The notes under the pieces: model-generated
Told to the model about the DNA's origin: nothing
Database searches by the model: none
The model's input: only the letters and a program-made list of their open reading frames with translations
Translations under genes and position numbers: made by a program
Source: Candidatus Omnitrophota bacterium
GTDB taxonomy: Bacteria; Omnitrophota; Omnitrophia; Omnitrophales; Aquincolibacteriaceae
Reading direction: 5' to 3'
DNA length: 64,000 nucleotides
NCBI GenBank assembly: GCA_043821445.1
Contig: JBDRCT010000010.1
Span: 566 to 64,565, forward strand
Part shown: positions 20,774 through 29,922 of the stretch, piece after piece
How the letters are laid out: every line of letters starts with the position of its first letter
Numbering within the stretch: the stretch's first letter is position 1

Positions 20774-20859
20774 AGTCTTAAAAAACTCTAAGCGGGATTA
20801 CGAAAGATAACATAAATAAAAAACCAGGGTCTTGCAGACATCTCGAGACTCTAACGGGG
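20765..20859. repeat. 95 bp element bounded by a perfect 14 bp inverted repeat CCCCGTTAGAGTCT / AGACTCTAACGGGG (fabD-fabG junction)
   Basis: The arms were read directly from the sequence. The left arm contains the fabD stop codon and the right arm supplies the GGGGG RBS of fabG. Confidence 0.6.
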
Positions 20860-20867
20860 GAACAACC

Positions 20868-21611
20868 ATGATGCTGAAAGATAAAGTTGCGCTTGTAACG
20901 GGTGCCGGTCGCGGGATCGGTCAGGCGATCGCACTCGCGTTCGCAAAAGAAGGTGCCATTCTGGTGCTTTCGGACCTCAAAACCGAGTTTTTGACGGAGA
21001 CCGAGACCCTCGCAAAACAGGCGGGATCCCCGAAATGTGTTTTGACGCAAGCTAATGTGGCTAATGGGGATGAAGTGGAGCAAGTCGTCAAAATCTCCCT
21101 TGACACCTTTGAGCGCATCGATATACTCGTCAACGTTGCGGGCATTACGAAGGACGGGTTGCTCGCCACCATGTCCGAACAGGACTGGGACGATGTTCTT
21201 TCGATCAATTTGAAAAGCGCATTCCTCTTCACGAAGGCGTGCGCAAGGCCCATGATGAAGCAGCGTGCCGGAACGATCATCAATATCGCTTCCATCATCG
21301 GGATCGCCGGGAATGCCGGGCAGGCGAATTATGCGGCCTCGAAGGGGGGCATGATCGCTTTGACGAAAAGCACGGCGAAAGAGTTGGCTAAACGGAACAT
21401 TCGGGCCAACGCGATCGCTCCGGGATTCATCAAAAGTAAGATGACCGATAAGCTGCCGCCGGATCTGGTTGAGAAAATGAAGGAACGGATCGGGCTCAGG
21501 CGTCTCGGAGAGCCTCAAGATGTGGCGAATGTTGCCGTATTTTTGGCATCGGAAGCATCAGCCTATGTCACCGGACAGACCATCGTCGTGGATGGTGGAC
21601 TTGTACTCTGA
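20868..21611 (+). CDS. fabG: 3-oxoacyl-ACP reductase
   Basis: KVALVTGAGRGIGQAIA; the SDR catalytic region (..YAASKGG..) is present. The ATG at 20868 is used. Confidence 0.95.
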   Translation: MMLKDKVALVTGAGRGIGQAIALAFAKEGAILVLSDLKTEFLTETETLAKQAGSPKCVLTQANVANGDEVEQVVKISLDTFERIDILVNVAGITKDGLLATMSEQDWDDVLSINLKSAFLFTKACARPMMKQRAGTIINIASIIGIAGNAGQANYAASKGGMIALTKSTAKELAKRNIRANAIAPGFIKSKMTDKLPPDLVEKMKERIGLRRLGEPQDVANVAVFLASEASAYVTGQTIVVDGGLVL

Positions 21612-21660
21612 TGCATTTTTCATGTCGTAAAGCTTTTAATCATTAAAGGAGGATACATCG

Positions 21661-21900
21661 ATGGGCGTTCAGGAAAAGATCACAGAAATTATTGTCGAAC
21701 AGCTGGGTGTAAAACCCGAGGAGGTCGTTCCGGAAGCCTCTTTCGTGGATGATCTCGGCGCGGATTCTTTAGACACGGTTGAGTTGGTCATGGCTTTCGA
21801 AGAAGAGTTCGGGGCGGAAATCCCTGATGAAGACGCCGAAAAGCTTCAGACCGTTGGGGATGCCATTAAGTACGTCTCGGAAAAGACGAGCCAGAAGTAA
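21661..21900 (+). CDS. acpP: acyl carrier protein
   Basis: The phosphopantetheine attachment motif [12 protein letters not shown] is present. Confidence 0.95.
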   Translation: MGVQEKITEIIVEQLGVKPEEVVPEASFVDDLGADSLDTVELVMAFEEEFGAEIPDEDAEKLQTVGDAIKYVSEKTSQK

Positions 21901-21952
21901 TCGCTCGCCTCTTCATTCCTAAAGATCTTCTCACCCACGGAAAACAGCTATC

Positions 21953-23194
21953 ATGAGGCGTGTAGTTATTACCGGTATTGGCATGATCACCCCTGTCGCC
22001 AATACCGCTGAAGAGACTTGGCAGGGCTTTTTGAAAGGCAAGAGCGGAACGGGTCCGTTGACCCAGATCGATTCGGCGCCTTTCAATTCCAAAGTCGCAG
22101 CCGAGGTCAAGAACTTCGAGCCCCTCAAATACCTGACCCCCAAGGACATTAAAAAGACGGACATCTTTGTCCAATTCGGAGTCGCCAGCGCCAAAATGGC
22201 CATGGCGGACGCCAAACTTGACATTGCCAAGGTAGACGCCCACCGCGTCGGCATCCTGGTCGGTTCGGGGATCGGGGGACTTCGCGTGATCGAGGAACAG
22301 CACCGCCAGATGATGGAAAAAGGCCCGGGCCGTATTTCTCCCTTCCTGATCCCGATGCTCATTGTCAACATGGCCCCGGGGCAGATCTCCATTGCGCTTG
22401 GCCTCAAAGGCCCGAGCACTTGTGTGGCCACGGCCTGCGCGACAGGCTCGAACGCCATCGGGGATGCCTTCAAGCTTATCCAACGCGATGAGGCAGACAT
22501 CATGTTCGCCGGCGGCACGGAATCCTGCATCACGAACCTCGGATTCGGCGGGTTTGATGCTATGAAGGCTTTGAGTACTCACAACGACCATCCCGAGACC
22601 GCGTCCCGTCCATTCGATAAGACGCGCAGTGGATTCGTGATGGGCGAAGGCTGCGCCATTCTGATCATGGAAGAGTTGGAGCACGCAAAAAAACGCGGTG
22701 CACGGATCTACGCCGAAATGGCGGGGTACGGCATGACCTCCGATGCCAGTCACATCACGGCACCGGATCCCAGCGGGGAAGGGGCCGCGCGCTGTATGAT
22801 CAATGCCATGAAGGACGCGAAGATCCGTCCCGAGGATGTGGATTATATCAACGCTCACGGGACCTCGACGCCCTTGAACGACAAGGTCGAAACCATCGCT
22901 ATTAAAAAAGCTTTGGGGGAGAGTGTCGCGCGTAAGGTCCGGATCAGTTCGACTAAATCCATGGTCGGGCACCTGCTTGGGGCGGCGGGAGCCGTGGAAG
23001 GCGCAGTATGCGTCCTGGCCATCCGCGACCAGATCGTTCCGCCGACCATCAATTACAAATATCCGGATCCGGAATGCGATCTGAATTATGTGCCGAATGA
23101 AGCCCAAAAGTGCCGCGTCCGTGTCACTTTATCGAATTCTCTTGGTTTTGGAGGCCATAATGCCTGTATCGCATTCAAAGCGTATCAGGAATAG
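21953..23194 (+). CDS. fabF: 3-oxoacyl-ACP synthase II
   Basis: A 413 aa KAS II follows acpP, with the Cys-His-His active-site regions and GHLLGAAG. Confidence 0.95.
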   Translation: MRRVVITGIGMITPVANTAEETWQGFLKGKSGTGPLTQIDSAPFNSKVAAEVKNFEPLKYLTPKDIKKTDIFVQFGVASAKMAMADAKLDIAKVDAHRVGILVGSGIGGLRVIEEQHRQMMEKGPGRISPFLIPMLIVNMAPGQISIALGLKGPSTCVATACATGSNAIGDAFKLIQRDEADIMFAGGTESCITNLGFGGFDAMKALSTHNDHPETASRPFDKTRSGFVMGEGCAILIMEELEHAKKRGARIYAEMAGYGMTSDASHITAPDPSGEGAARCMINAMKDAKIRPEDVDYINAHGTSTPLNDKVETIAIKKALGESVARKVRISSTKSMVGHLLGAAGAVEGAVCVLAIRDQIVPPTINYKYPDPECDLNYVPNEAQKCRVRVTLSNSLGFGGHNACIAFKAYQE

Positions 23195-23293
23195 GCCTCA
23201 TTTTCTCTCTTCAGATAACACCTTTTTCTGCCGAAACATCAACTCAAAGGAATCAACTTAAAAGGAACAGGCTCTGCCCTAAGAGCGTGGTGT

Positions 23294-26200
23294 ATGCGCC
23301 TTAAAAAACTCGAGCTTCTAGGTTTCAAGTCCTTCGCCGAAAAAACCGAGCTAGCTTTTGACCAAGGGGTCACTTGCATCGTCGGTCCTAACGGTTGTGG
23401 CAAGAGCAATGTCTCCGACGCTATCCGTTGGGTTCTTGGAGAACGTAGCGCGAAGCTTTTGCGCGGCTCGTCCATGGAAGACGTCATTTTCAACGGCACG
23501 GAAGTCCGCAAACCTCTCGCCTTCGCCGAAGTCTCCCTCACGATCGATAATGCGGATCGCGGTATGCCGATCGAATATAACGAAGTCACGATCACGCGCC
23601 GCCTTTACCGGACGGGGGAAAGTGAATATCTCCTCAATAAAACCCAGTGCCGGCTCAAAGATATCCAGGATCTGATCCTCGACACCGGCATCGGCTCTTC
23701 GTCTTACTCTATGATCGAACAAGGAAGGATCGACTACATTCTCAAGGCGGACCCGGAAGAGCGCCGTTTCCTTATTGAAGAAGCCGCAGGGATCGCCAAG
23801 TATAAGGTCAAGAAAGACGAATCGATCCGAAAGCTCGAACGCACGGAAGAGAACTTGAAACGCCTCCAGGACATCGTTTTCGAGGTCCAAAAAAATATCC
23901 AGTATGCCGAACGTCAGGCCAAGCGTGCCGAACGCTACAAACTTGAACTTGAACGCCTCAAAATGCTGGAGATCAAGCGCGCCTTTCATGACCAGCGCCA
24001 GATCGAGCAAAAGAAACTCGACCTCACGCAGAACTTCCAGTTCAAGAAGGATGAGCTCACGGCGCTTGCGGTAAAACTTCAAACCCATCATCAAACGATC
24101 GAGGATCAGGAAACCCGCGTCCGGGGGATCGGTCAGCGTTGCCACGTCAAAGAGGGCGAGCGCTATCAAGCGCTCGCACAGATCGAGACGAACGATCAAA
24201 AACTTCAGTTCATCCGGGATAAGCGCGTTGAACTCGCCCAACAGCGCGGGCAGCTGCTGCAAGAGCAGGACCAACTGCGCCAAGCACTCGAGGCTGCGGC
24301 CCATCGGAAAAATGAGCTCCATGAACTTCTCAAAACCAGGGAGACTGAAAGTTTCCAGATCCAAACGCGTCTCGCGGAGGCCACTCAAAAGCTGCAGCAT
24401 CAAGAGTCCTTGATCGAGGAAGCCAAGAACGCTCTTGAAACGGCCCGCAAAGAATTCTTCGAGACCGCTCAGCTCACCACCCAGGCCCGCAATGAATTCC
24501 ACCGGACCAAAGCGCTCGGAGAGAATTTGGGATCCCAGCGTCGACGGGAAGAATCGGATTCAAGCCGTCTCGCCGAGCAGATCGCGTCCTGGAATGAAAA
24601 ACTCACGCTTTGTCTTCAGGCGCTTGAGAGCATGAACTCCGAGCTTCAGGATACGTTGAGCGGCCATCAGGGACTTCGAGCCACGACCCATGCGTTTGAG
24701 CAGGAACTTATGGAACTCCGTCAATATGCGCATGAGACACGGCTCGCGCTCCGCGAAAAAGAATCCCGGCTTCACACGCTCAATGAGATGGAAGGCGCGA
24801 GTTCGTCCGCATTCCAGGAATTCTTGAGCGAAGCGTCCCAACAGGTTCCGGGGCTCGTCCGGAGTCTTCAGGAAGTCCTAAAAATCCAGGAAGGTTATGA
24901 ATGGGCCATCGATGTAGCTTTTGGACAATTTGCAAGGTCTCTGGTCGCCGGGGACGTAGAGACCGCACGAACCCTTGTGGAGCAGTTGAACGCTAAACGT
25001 TCGCTCGCCGCCGGGATTTTTCTTAAAACGCAGGTTTCATTTTCTCCGGAAGCCTCCCGACACTATGCGTCTTTCGGATTCCGGCCGCTCGCCGACTTTG
25101 TCCAGATCGAACCTGGGTTTGACGGCATTCTTGGGAATGTCTTTGTCGGCGAAACCTTTCCGCTCCATCGGCTCGAGGCACTTTTCCAGGAACCTTCCCC
25201 GGCCAATCTCGTTTCACGTGACGGCCTGTTCTTAAGTTCCGACCGCAGGCTCTTTTTCTGGAACGATCAGAGCCGCTCCCAGTTCTTTTTTTCAAGAAAT
25301 TCCGAAACCTCGAAGATCCGCCAAGAGATCGAAGCTCTCACGGCGCAAGTGCAGGAAAAAGAAGCAAAGATCGGTTATCTTGAGACCGAGCTTGCAACCT
25401 TGCGCGCTCAGAGCGCTGAAGCCGCCGAGCAAAAGACCTCGACCCTCATCGAAAAAGAATCCCTCGAGAGTGAACGGAAGAACATCGAAGAACGTCTCCT
25501 GGGTTTGAGATCCGAGGCTGAATTATCGGTTTCCGAGATCCATGAATTGGCGCAGGAGGCCGAGCGGGTCCGCATCGCGTGCGAGCAGATCCAGGCGTCC
25601 CTGACCCAGAAAGAACAGGAAGAATCCAAGTTTGGAGAGATCCAGCGTCAAAAGGAAAAAGATCTCGAACATTGCCTGAGCGTCCGTGAAGAGGTCCTGG
25701 GCGCGGTCCGGCAATGTCAAACACAAGCCGAGCAATCTCAGCAAGGAATGCGACATCTTGAGGAATCATTGCAACTTGTCGAGCAACATGCGCAAAAAGA
25801 CAGAGAGAGGCAAGCCTTCCTTGAGCACGGGAAAGAGCGTATCGCGGCCAAAGAACAGGACCTGGCCCAGGAAGAGCTCGTCTGCGTCCGCCTTGCCGAA
25901 GAACACCAACAGCGGCTGCATACGGTGGATGTGGACCTTGAGTTGCTGCATAAAGACCAGCGGGAGCAGGAAGTGCTCTTGACGGGTCAGCGCCACGCTT
26001 TGGACCAAATGCTTCACTCCCAAAAGGTGCTGCAGGACGAAGAACATCAGATCTCGCTCCAGCAAATGGACCTCGACTACCAACTCAAGAACGTGGGGGA
26101 ACGGCTTCTGCAGCGCTATCGTCTGAACCTTTTGGAGCTCAACAGCCAGGATTATATTTTCACGGAAGAAGAATTAGCCTCCGCAGAGGAGACGATCGCG

Positions 26201-26923
26201 GCACTTCAGAACAAGGTCGATTCCCTCGGCACCGTCAACCTGCTCGCCATCGAAGAATATCAGGAATTGAAAACGCGCTATGATTTCCTTTTAGCGCAAC
26301 AAAAAGACCTGGATGATGCGCGGAATTCCCTCATGGAAGCCATCCGCAAGATCAATCAAACTACCAAGCAGCTTTTTGAGGACACTTTTAAGCAGGTGCA
26401 GGAAACCTTCAGACAGTATTATCAGATCCTTTTTCGGGGCGGTGAGGCGCGCATCTTTCTGATCGATGAGGCACACCCCCTCGAATCGGGGATCGATATC
26501 GTCGTGCGTCCTCCCGGAAAAAAAATGCAGAATATGTTGCTTCTTTCGGGCGGCGAAAAGGCATTGACCGCCGTCGCGCTCCTTTTCGCGCTCTTCAAGA
26601 TCAAGCCGTCGCCTTTCTGCCTTTTGGATGAGATCGATGCGCCCCTTGACGAGGCCAATATTGACCGTTTCCTTGCGGTGCTCAACACATTCATCGAACA
26701 ATCCCAATTCATCATCATTACCCATAATCGCAAGACCATCGCTATGGGGGATTCCCTCTACGGCGTGACCATGGAAGAACCCGGTATTTCCAAGATCGTT
26801 TCCGTGAAGGTCCGTTCCGGCGAAGAATCCCTTTCCGGCGGGGATGAGGCTGTGGCCCCCTCCGTCGACGCGGTTCCGATCGATGAAGTTCCGGAAAAAA
26901 ATACGGACACCGTCAGCGCTTGA
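23294..26923 (+). CDS. smc: chromosome segregation protein SMC
   Basis: The N-terminal Walker A is GPNGCGKSN, coiled-coil arms follow, and the C-terminal signature is LSGGEKALTAVALLFA...LDEIDAPLD. Confidence 0.95.
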   Translation: MRLKKLELLGFKSFAEKTELAFDQGVTCIVGPNGCGKSNVSDAIRWVLGERSAKLLRGSSMEDVIFNGTEVRKPLAFAEVSLTIDNADRGMPIEYNEVTITRRLYRTGESEYLLNKTQCRLKDIQDLILDTGIGSSSYSMIEQGRIDYILKADPEERRFLIEEAAGIAKYKVKKDESIRKLERTEENLKRLQDIVFEVQKNIQYAERQAKRAERYKLELERLKMLEIKRAFHDQRQIEQKKLDLTQNFQFKKDELTALAVKLQTHHQTIEDQETRVRGIGQRCHVKEGERYQALAQIETNDQKLQFIRDKRVELAQQRGQLLQEQDQLRQALEAAAHRKNELHELLKTRETESFQIQTRLAEATQKLQHQESLIEEAKNALETARKEFFETAQLTTQARNEFHRTKALGENLGSQRRREESDSSRLAEQIASWNEKLTLCLQALESMNSELQDTLSGHQGLRATTHAFEQELMELRQYAHETRLALREKESRLHTLNEMEGASSSAFQEFLSEASQQVPGLVRSLQEVLKIQEGYEWAIDVAFGQFARSLVAGDVETARTLVEQLNAKRSLAAGIFLKTQVSFSPEASRHYASFGFRPLADFVQIEPGFDGILGNVFVGETFPLHRLEALFQEPSPANLVSRDGLFLSSDRRLFFWNDQSRSQFFFSRNSETSKIRQEIEALTAQVQEKEAKIGYLETELATLRAQSAEAAEQKTSTLIEKESLESERKNIEERLLGLRSEAELSVSEIHELAQEAERVRIACEQIQASLTQKEQEESKFGEIQRQKEKDLEHCLSVREEVLGAVRQCQTQAEQSQQGMRHLEESLQLVEQHAQKDRERQAFLEHGKERIAAKEQDLAQEELVCVRLAEEHQQRLHTVDVDLELLHKDQREQEVLLTGQRHALDQMLHSQKVLQDEEHQISLQQMDLDYQLKNVGERLLQRYRLNLLELNSQDYIFTEEELASAEETIAALQNKVDSLGTVNLLAIEEYQELKTRYDFLLAQQKDLDDARNSLMEAIRKINQTTKQLFEDTFKQVQETFRQYYQILFRGGEARIFLIDEAHPLESGIDIVVRPPGKKMQNMLLLSGGEKALTAVALLFALFKIKPSPFCLLDEIDAPLDEANIDRFLAVLNTFIEQSQFIIITHNRKTIAMGDSLYGVTMEEPGISKIVSVKVRSGEESLSGGDEAVAPSVDAVPIDEVPEKNTDTVSA

Positions 26924-27456
26924 GCATTCCGAACTACCTGACCCTTCTTAGGATCCTTCTCACCCCCGTTTTTTTTATCACACTTGTTTCCTACACTCCG
27001 GAAAAGGAAGGGCTTCGTTTCGTGGCGCTGGCGATTTTCGCGGCCGCCGCTTTGACCGATGCGCTGGATGGGCTTCTGGCGCGGTTCCTGAAACAACGAA
27101 CCGCGTTAGGGCAAATGCTGGATCCCCTCGCAGATAAAATACTCCTTGTGAGCGCTTACATCGGTCTGCTTTTTGTGGCCGCACTTTCTTTTCGGCCTCC
27201 CCTTTGGATCACGATCACCATCATTTTCCGTGATCTGATCCTTCTTATAGGATTTTTCGCACTTCACTTTGCCTCCGTAAAGATCGAGGTACAACCGAAC
27301 ATCTGGGGCAAGCTCACGACCGTCTCCCAAATGCTCTTGTTGTGTTTTATCCTGCTCGAGTGTCCGGTCGCAATACCTTTGGCCTATCTCACGGTAACCT
27401 TCACGATCGTCTCGGGGATCATCTATATTACCCGCGGGTTAAAGTTCATCCAATGA
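26920..27456 (+). CDS. pgsA: CDP-diacylglycerol--glycerol-3-phosphate 3-phosphatidyltransferase
   Basis: CDP-alcohol phosphatidyltransferase motif D.LDG..AR......G..LD...DK. Confidence 0.85.
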   Translation: MSIPNYLTLLRILLTPVFFITLVSYTPEKEGLRFVALAIFAAAALTDALDGLLARFLKQRTALGQMLDPLADKILLVSAYIGLLFVAALSFRPPLWITITIIFRDLILLIGFFALHFASVKIEVQPNIWGKLTTVSQMLLLCFILLECPVAIPLAYLTVTFTIVSGIIYITRGLKFIQ

Positions 27457-28064
27457 ACGATCTTTTTTTGTCTGTGCTCTTCATGCTTGCGGCTTACCTC
27501 ATAGGTTCCGTTCCGTTCGGTCTCATCGCCGGGTCCAGAATAAAAGACCTCGATATCCGCGAGCATGGCAGCAAGAACATCGGTGCGACCAACGTTTTTC
27601 GCGTGGTTGGAAAAAAGTGGGGGATCACGGTACTTCTGCTGGATGTCGTCAAAGGTTATGTCGCGTGTGTGCTTCCGGCATTTTTCGGCCAAAGCCTCGT
27701 CCTCCCGTTCCAGCTGCTTTTGGGCATCAGCGCGATCCTGGGGCATAGCTTCCCGGTTTGGCTCAATTTCAAAGGGGGGAAAGGGGTGGCAACCTCGCTA
27801 GGGGTCTTTCTGGCTATCGCTTGGATCCCGACCCTCATCACATTCGGACTTTGGATCTTCTGCTTTGTGATCACCCATATCATTTCGATCTCCTCGCTGG
27901 TGGCCGCGGTGATCTTTCCGGTCATGATCACCTGGCGCTATATGGGAACCCCCGGTATCAAATTTCTACTGCCGATCAGCATCACCCTGGCTGTCTTCAT
28001 CTTCTATACCCACCGTGCCAACATTCAGCGCCTCCGCCAAGGAACCGAAAAGAAGCTTTTTTAA
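27453..28064 (+). CDS. plsY: glycerol-3-phosphate acyltransferase PlsY
   Basis: GSVPFGLIAG, GSKNIGATNVFR, FKGGKGVAT. The ATG at 27453 overlaps the pgsA stop. Confidence 0.9.
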   Translation: MNDLFLSVLFMLAAYLIGSVPFGLIAGSRIKDLDIREHGSKNIGATNVFRVVGKKWGITVLLLDVVKGYVACVLPAFFGQSLVLPFQLLLGISAILGHSFPVWLNFKGGKGVATSLGVFLAIAWIPTLITFGLWIFCFVITHIISISSLVAAVIFPVMITWRYMGTPGIKFLLPISITLAVFIFYTHRANIQRLRQGTEKKLF

Positions 28065-28072
28065 GGCTTTGC

Positions 28073-28101
28073 TTGACAATTAAATAAAATCATATATTAT
28101 T
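28073..28101 (+). promoter_or_regulatory. sigma-70-type promoter candidate upstream of recA (TTGACA-N16/17-TATTAT)
   Basis: An exact TTGACA at 28073-28078 is followed at about 17 nt by an A/T-rich -10 (tattat/attatt), inside an unusually AT-rich 145 bp spacer. Confidence 0.4.
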
Positions 28102-28209
28102 TCAATAAAACTAATATTCTATAGCGCCGCCGCTTCTTAAATTATCTTTACAGAAGATGGGTGGGCCGATAGAATTTCAATCTCACGCCTTCCTACAAGG
28201 AGAAAAATT

Positions 28210-29277
28210 ATGGCCGAACGGAAAAGATCAGAAAAACACGCCGCACCCGAATCAAAGAGATCCACGGACAAACAAAAGGCCCTCGAACTCACGCTTCAGC
28301 AGATCGAAAAACAGTTCGGCAAAGGCTCCATCATGAAGCTCGGCGACCAGCACCACGAGAATGTCGCCGCTCTTGCCACGGGAGCCCTGAGTCTTGATAT
28401 CGCCACCGGCATCGGAGGCATTCCCCGCGGACGCATCGTCGAGATCTTCGGACCCGAGTCAAGCGGCAAGACCACGCTCACGTTGAATATCATTGCCCGG
28501 ATCCAGTCCACCGGCGGTGTTGCGGCCTTTATCGACGCAGAGCACGCCTTGGACCCGCAATATGCGCAAAAGATCGGCGTCAAGGTCGATGAACTTCTTA
28601 TCTCACAGCCCGATTCCGGTGAGCAGGCGCTCCAGATCGCGGAAATGCTTGTACGCTCGAATGCCGTGGATCTCATCGTTGTGGATTCTGTGGCGGCGCT
28701 TGTTCCTCGCGCGGAGATCGAAGGGGAGATGGGGCAATCACAAATGGGCCTTCAAGCGCGCTTGATGTCCCAGGCGATGCGCAAGCTCACGGCCATTATC
28801 AGCAAATCCAAGACCTGCATTATTTTCATCAATCAGTTGCGCGAGAAGATCGGCGTCATGTTCGGCAATCCCGAGACCACTCCGGGCGGCAAAGCCCTCA
28901 AGTTCTATGCCTCCATGCGATTGGACATTCGCAGGATCGCAAGCCTCAAAAAGGGCGACGTCGTTATCGGGAACAGGGTTCGTGTCAAAGTCGTCAAAAA
29001 CAAGGTCGCGGCCCCGTTCCGCCAGGCGGAATTTGACATCCTGTTCGATGAAGGCATTTCGCGCTCCTCGAACGTCGTGGAGCTTGGCACCCAATACCAG
29101 GTGATCGATAAATCCGGAACTTGGCTTGCTTACAACGATCAAAAACTCGGACAAGGCAAGGATGCGGCCCGCATTTTTCTGAAAGAAAATACGAAGCTCC
29201 TCGAAGAGATTGAGGAAAAGATCCTGGAAAAAGTCGCCGCCGGAGAAAGCGCGGTCGTCGGCGCGGCCGCCGAATAG
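28210..29277 (+). CDS. recA: recombinase RecA
   Basis: The Walker A reads GPESSGKTT. Confidence 0.95.
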   Translation: MAERKRSEKHAAPESKRSTDKQKALELTLQQIEKQFGKGSIMKLGDQHHENVAALATGALSLDIATGIGGIPRGRIVEIFGPESSGKTTLTLNIIARIQSTGGVAAFIDAEHALDPQYAQKIGVKVDELLISQPDSGEQALQIAEMLVRSNAVDLIVVDSVAALVPRAEIEGEMGQSQMGLQARLMSQAMRKLTAIISKSKTCIIFINQLREKIGVMFGNPETTPGGKALKFYASMRLDIRRIASLKKGDVVIGNRVRVKVVKNKVAAPFRQAEFDILFDEGISRSSNVVELGTQYQVIDKSGTWLAYNDQKLGQGKDAARIFLKENTKLLEEIEEKILEKVAAGESAVVGAAAE

Positions 29278-29308
29278 TCCTCAGCGGGAAAGTTTTCTTC
29301 AGAAAGGA

Positions 29309-29395
29309 TGGCCCCGATTTCCGTCCAAGCCTTTATTTTCATTTCATAAAAGGCGATTTGGACGGCCCCAATTTAGACTCGGTTGAAATTGGCAG
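29309..29395. repeat. intergenic palindromic repeat element, same family (copy B, recA-recX spacer)
   Basis: ggccccgatttccgtcc ... ggacggccccaatttagactcggttgaaattgg. Confidence 0.5.
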
Positions 29396-29397
29396 GT

Positions 29398-29916
29398 ATG
29401 GGGACCGCTTTTTCTCATATGGACAAAATGCTCACGGAAGAACAGACTAAGCAGGCGATCATCACCTGTCTGAGGCTACTCGCCGCCAGTCCCAAAAGCG
29501 GTCAGGAACTGAGAAAAAAGCTCGAGGGTAAGGGCTACTCCTCCGGGACGATCGATCAAGCGCTCGGCGATCTCAAGGCCCAAGGTGTTCTGGATGATAC
29601 GAGATACGCCAAGGACCTGGTGGCCAGGCTCATCCTCGGCAAATCCGCGGGCCGTTACAAGATCGCGTTTGAATTGAAGCGGCACGGAATTTCGAAAAAA
29701 ATCTCGGATGAGATGTTGGGAACGCTGTCCAACGAAGACGAGACAGAACGCGCGCTGGAGCAGGCCCGGCTGAAATGGACCGGATGGTCCCGGCTCGATC
29801 CGCAGAAACGCAGGAAGCGCCTTTATGATTTTTTAATACGGAAAGGGTACGATTTTCAGATCGTTCAGGATATCCTTCAAAAGCTTTCGAAAGGATCCGC
29901 GGACGATGAGATCTGA
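29398..29916 (+). CDS. recX: recombination regulator RecX
   Basis: The RecX-like three-helix repeats are present (QAIITCLRLLAASPKSGQELRKKL..). The track start 29383 is a TTG inside a repeat element, so I chose ATG 29398; 29419 is an alternative. Confidence 0.8.
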   Translation: MGTAFSHMDKMLTEEQTKQAIITCLRLLAASPKSGQELRKKLEGKGYSSGTIDQALGDLKAQGVLDDTRYAKDLVARLILGKSAGRYKIAFELKRHGISKKISDEMLGTLSNEDETERALEQARLKWTGWSRLDPQKRRKRLYDFLIRKGYDFQIVQDILQKLSKGSADDEI

Positions 29917-29922
29917 CGCTTT

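Noticed and set aside
28065-28209. SOS (LexA/Cheo/DinR-type) box in the recA upstream region
   Set aside because: Neither CTGT-N8-ACAG nor GAAC-N4-GTTC nor other common LexA-type palindromes are present in the spacer. Only an AT-rich promoter-like stretch is seen.
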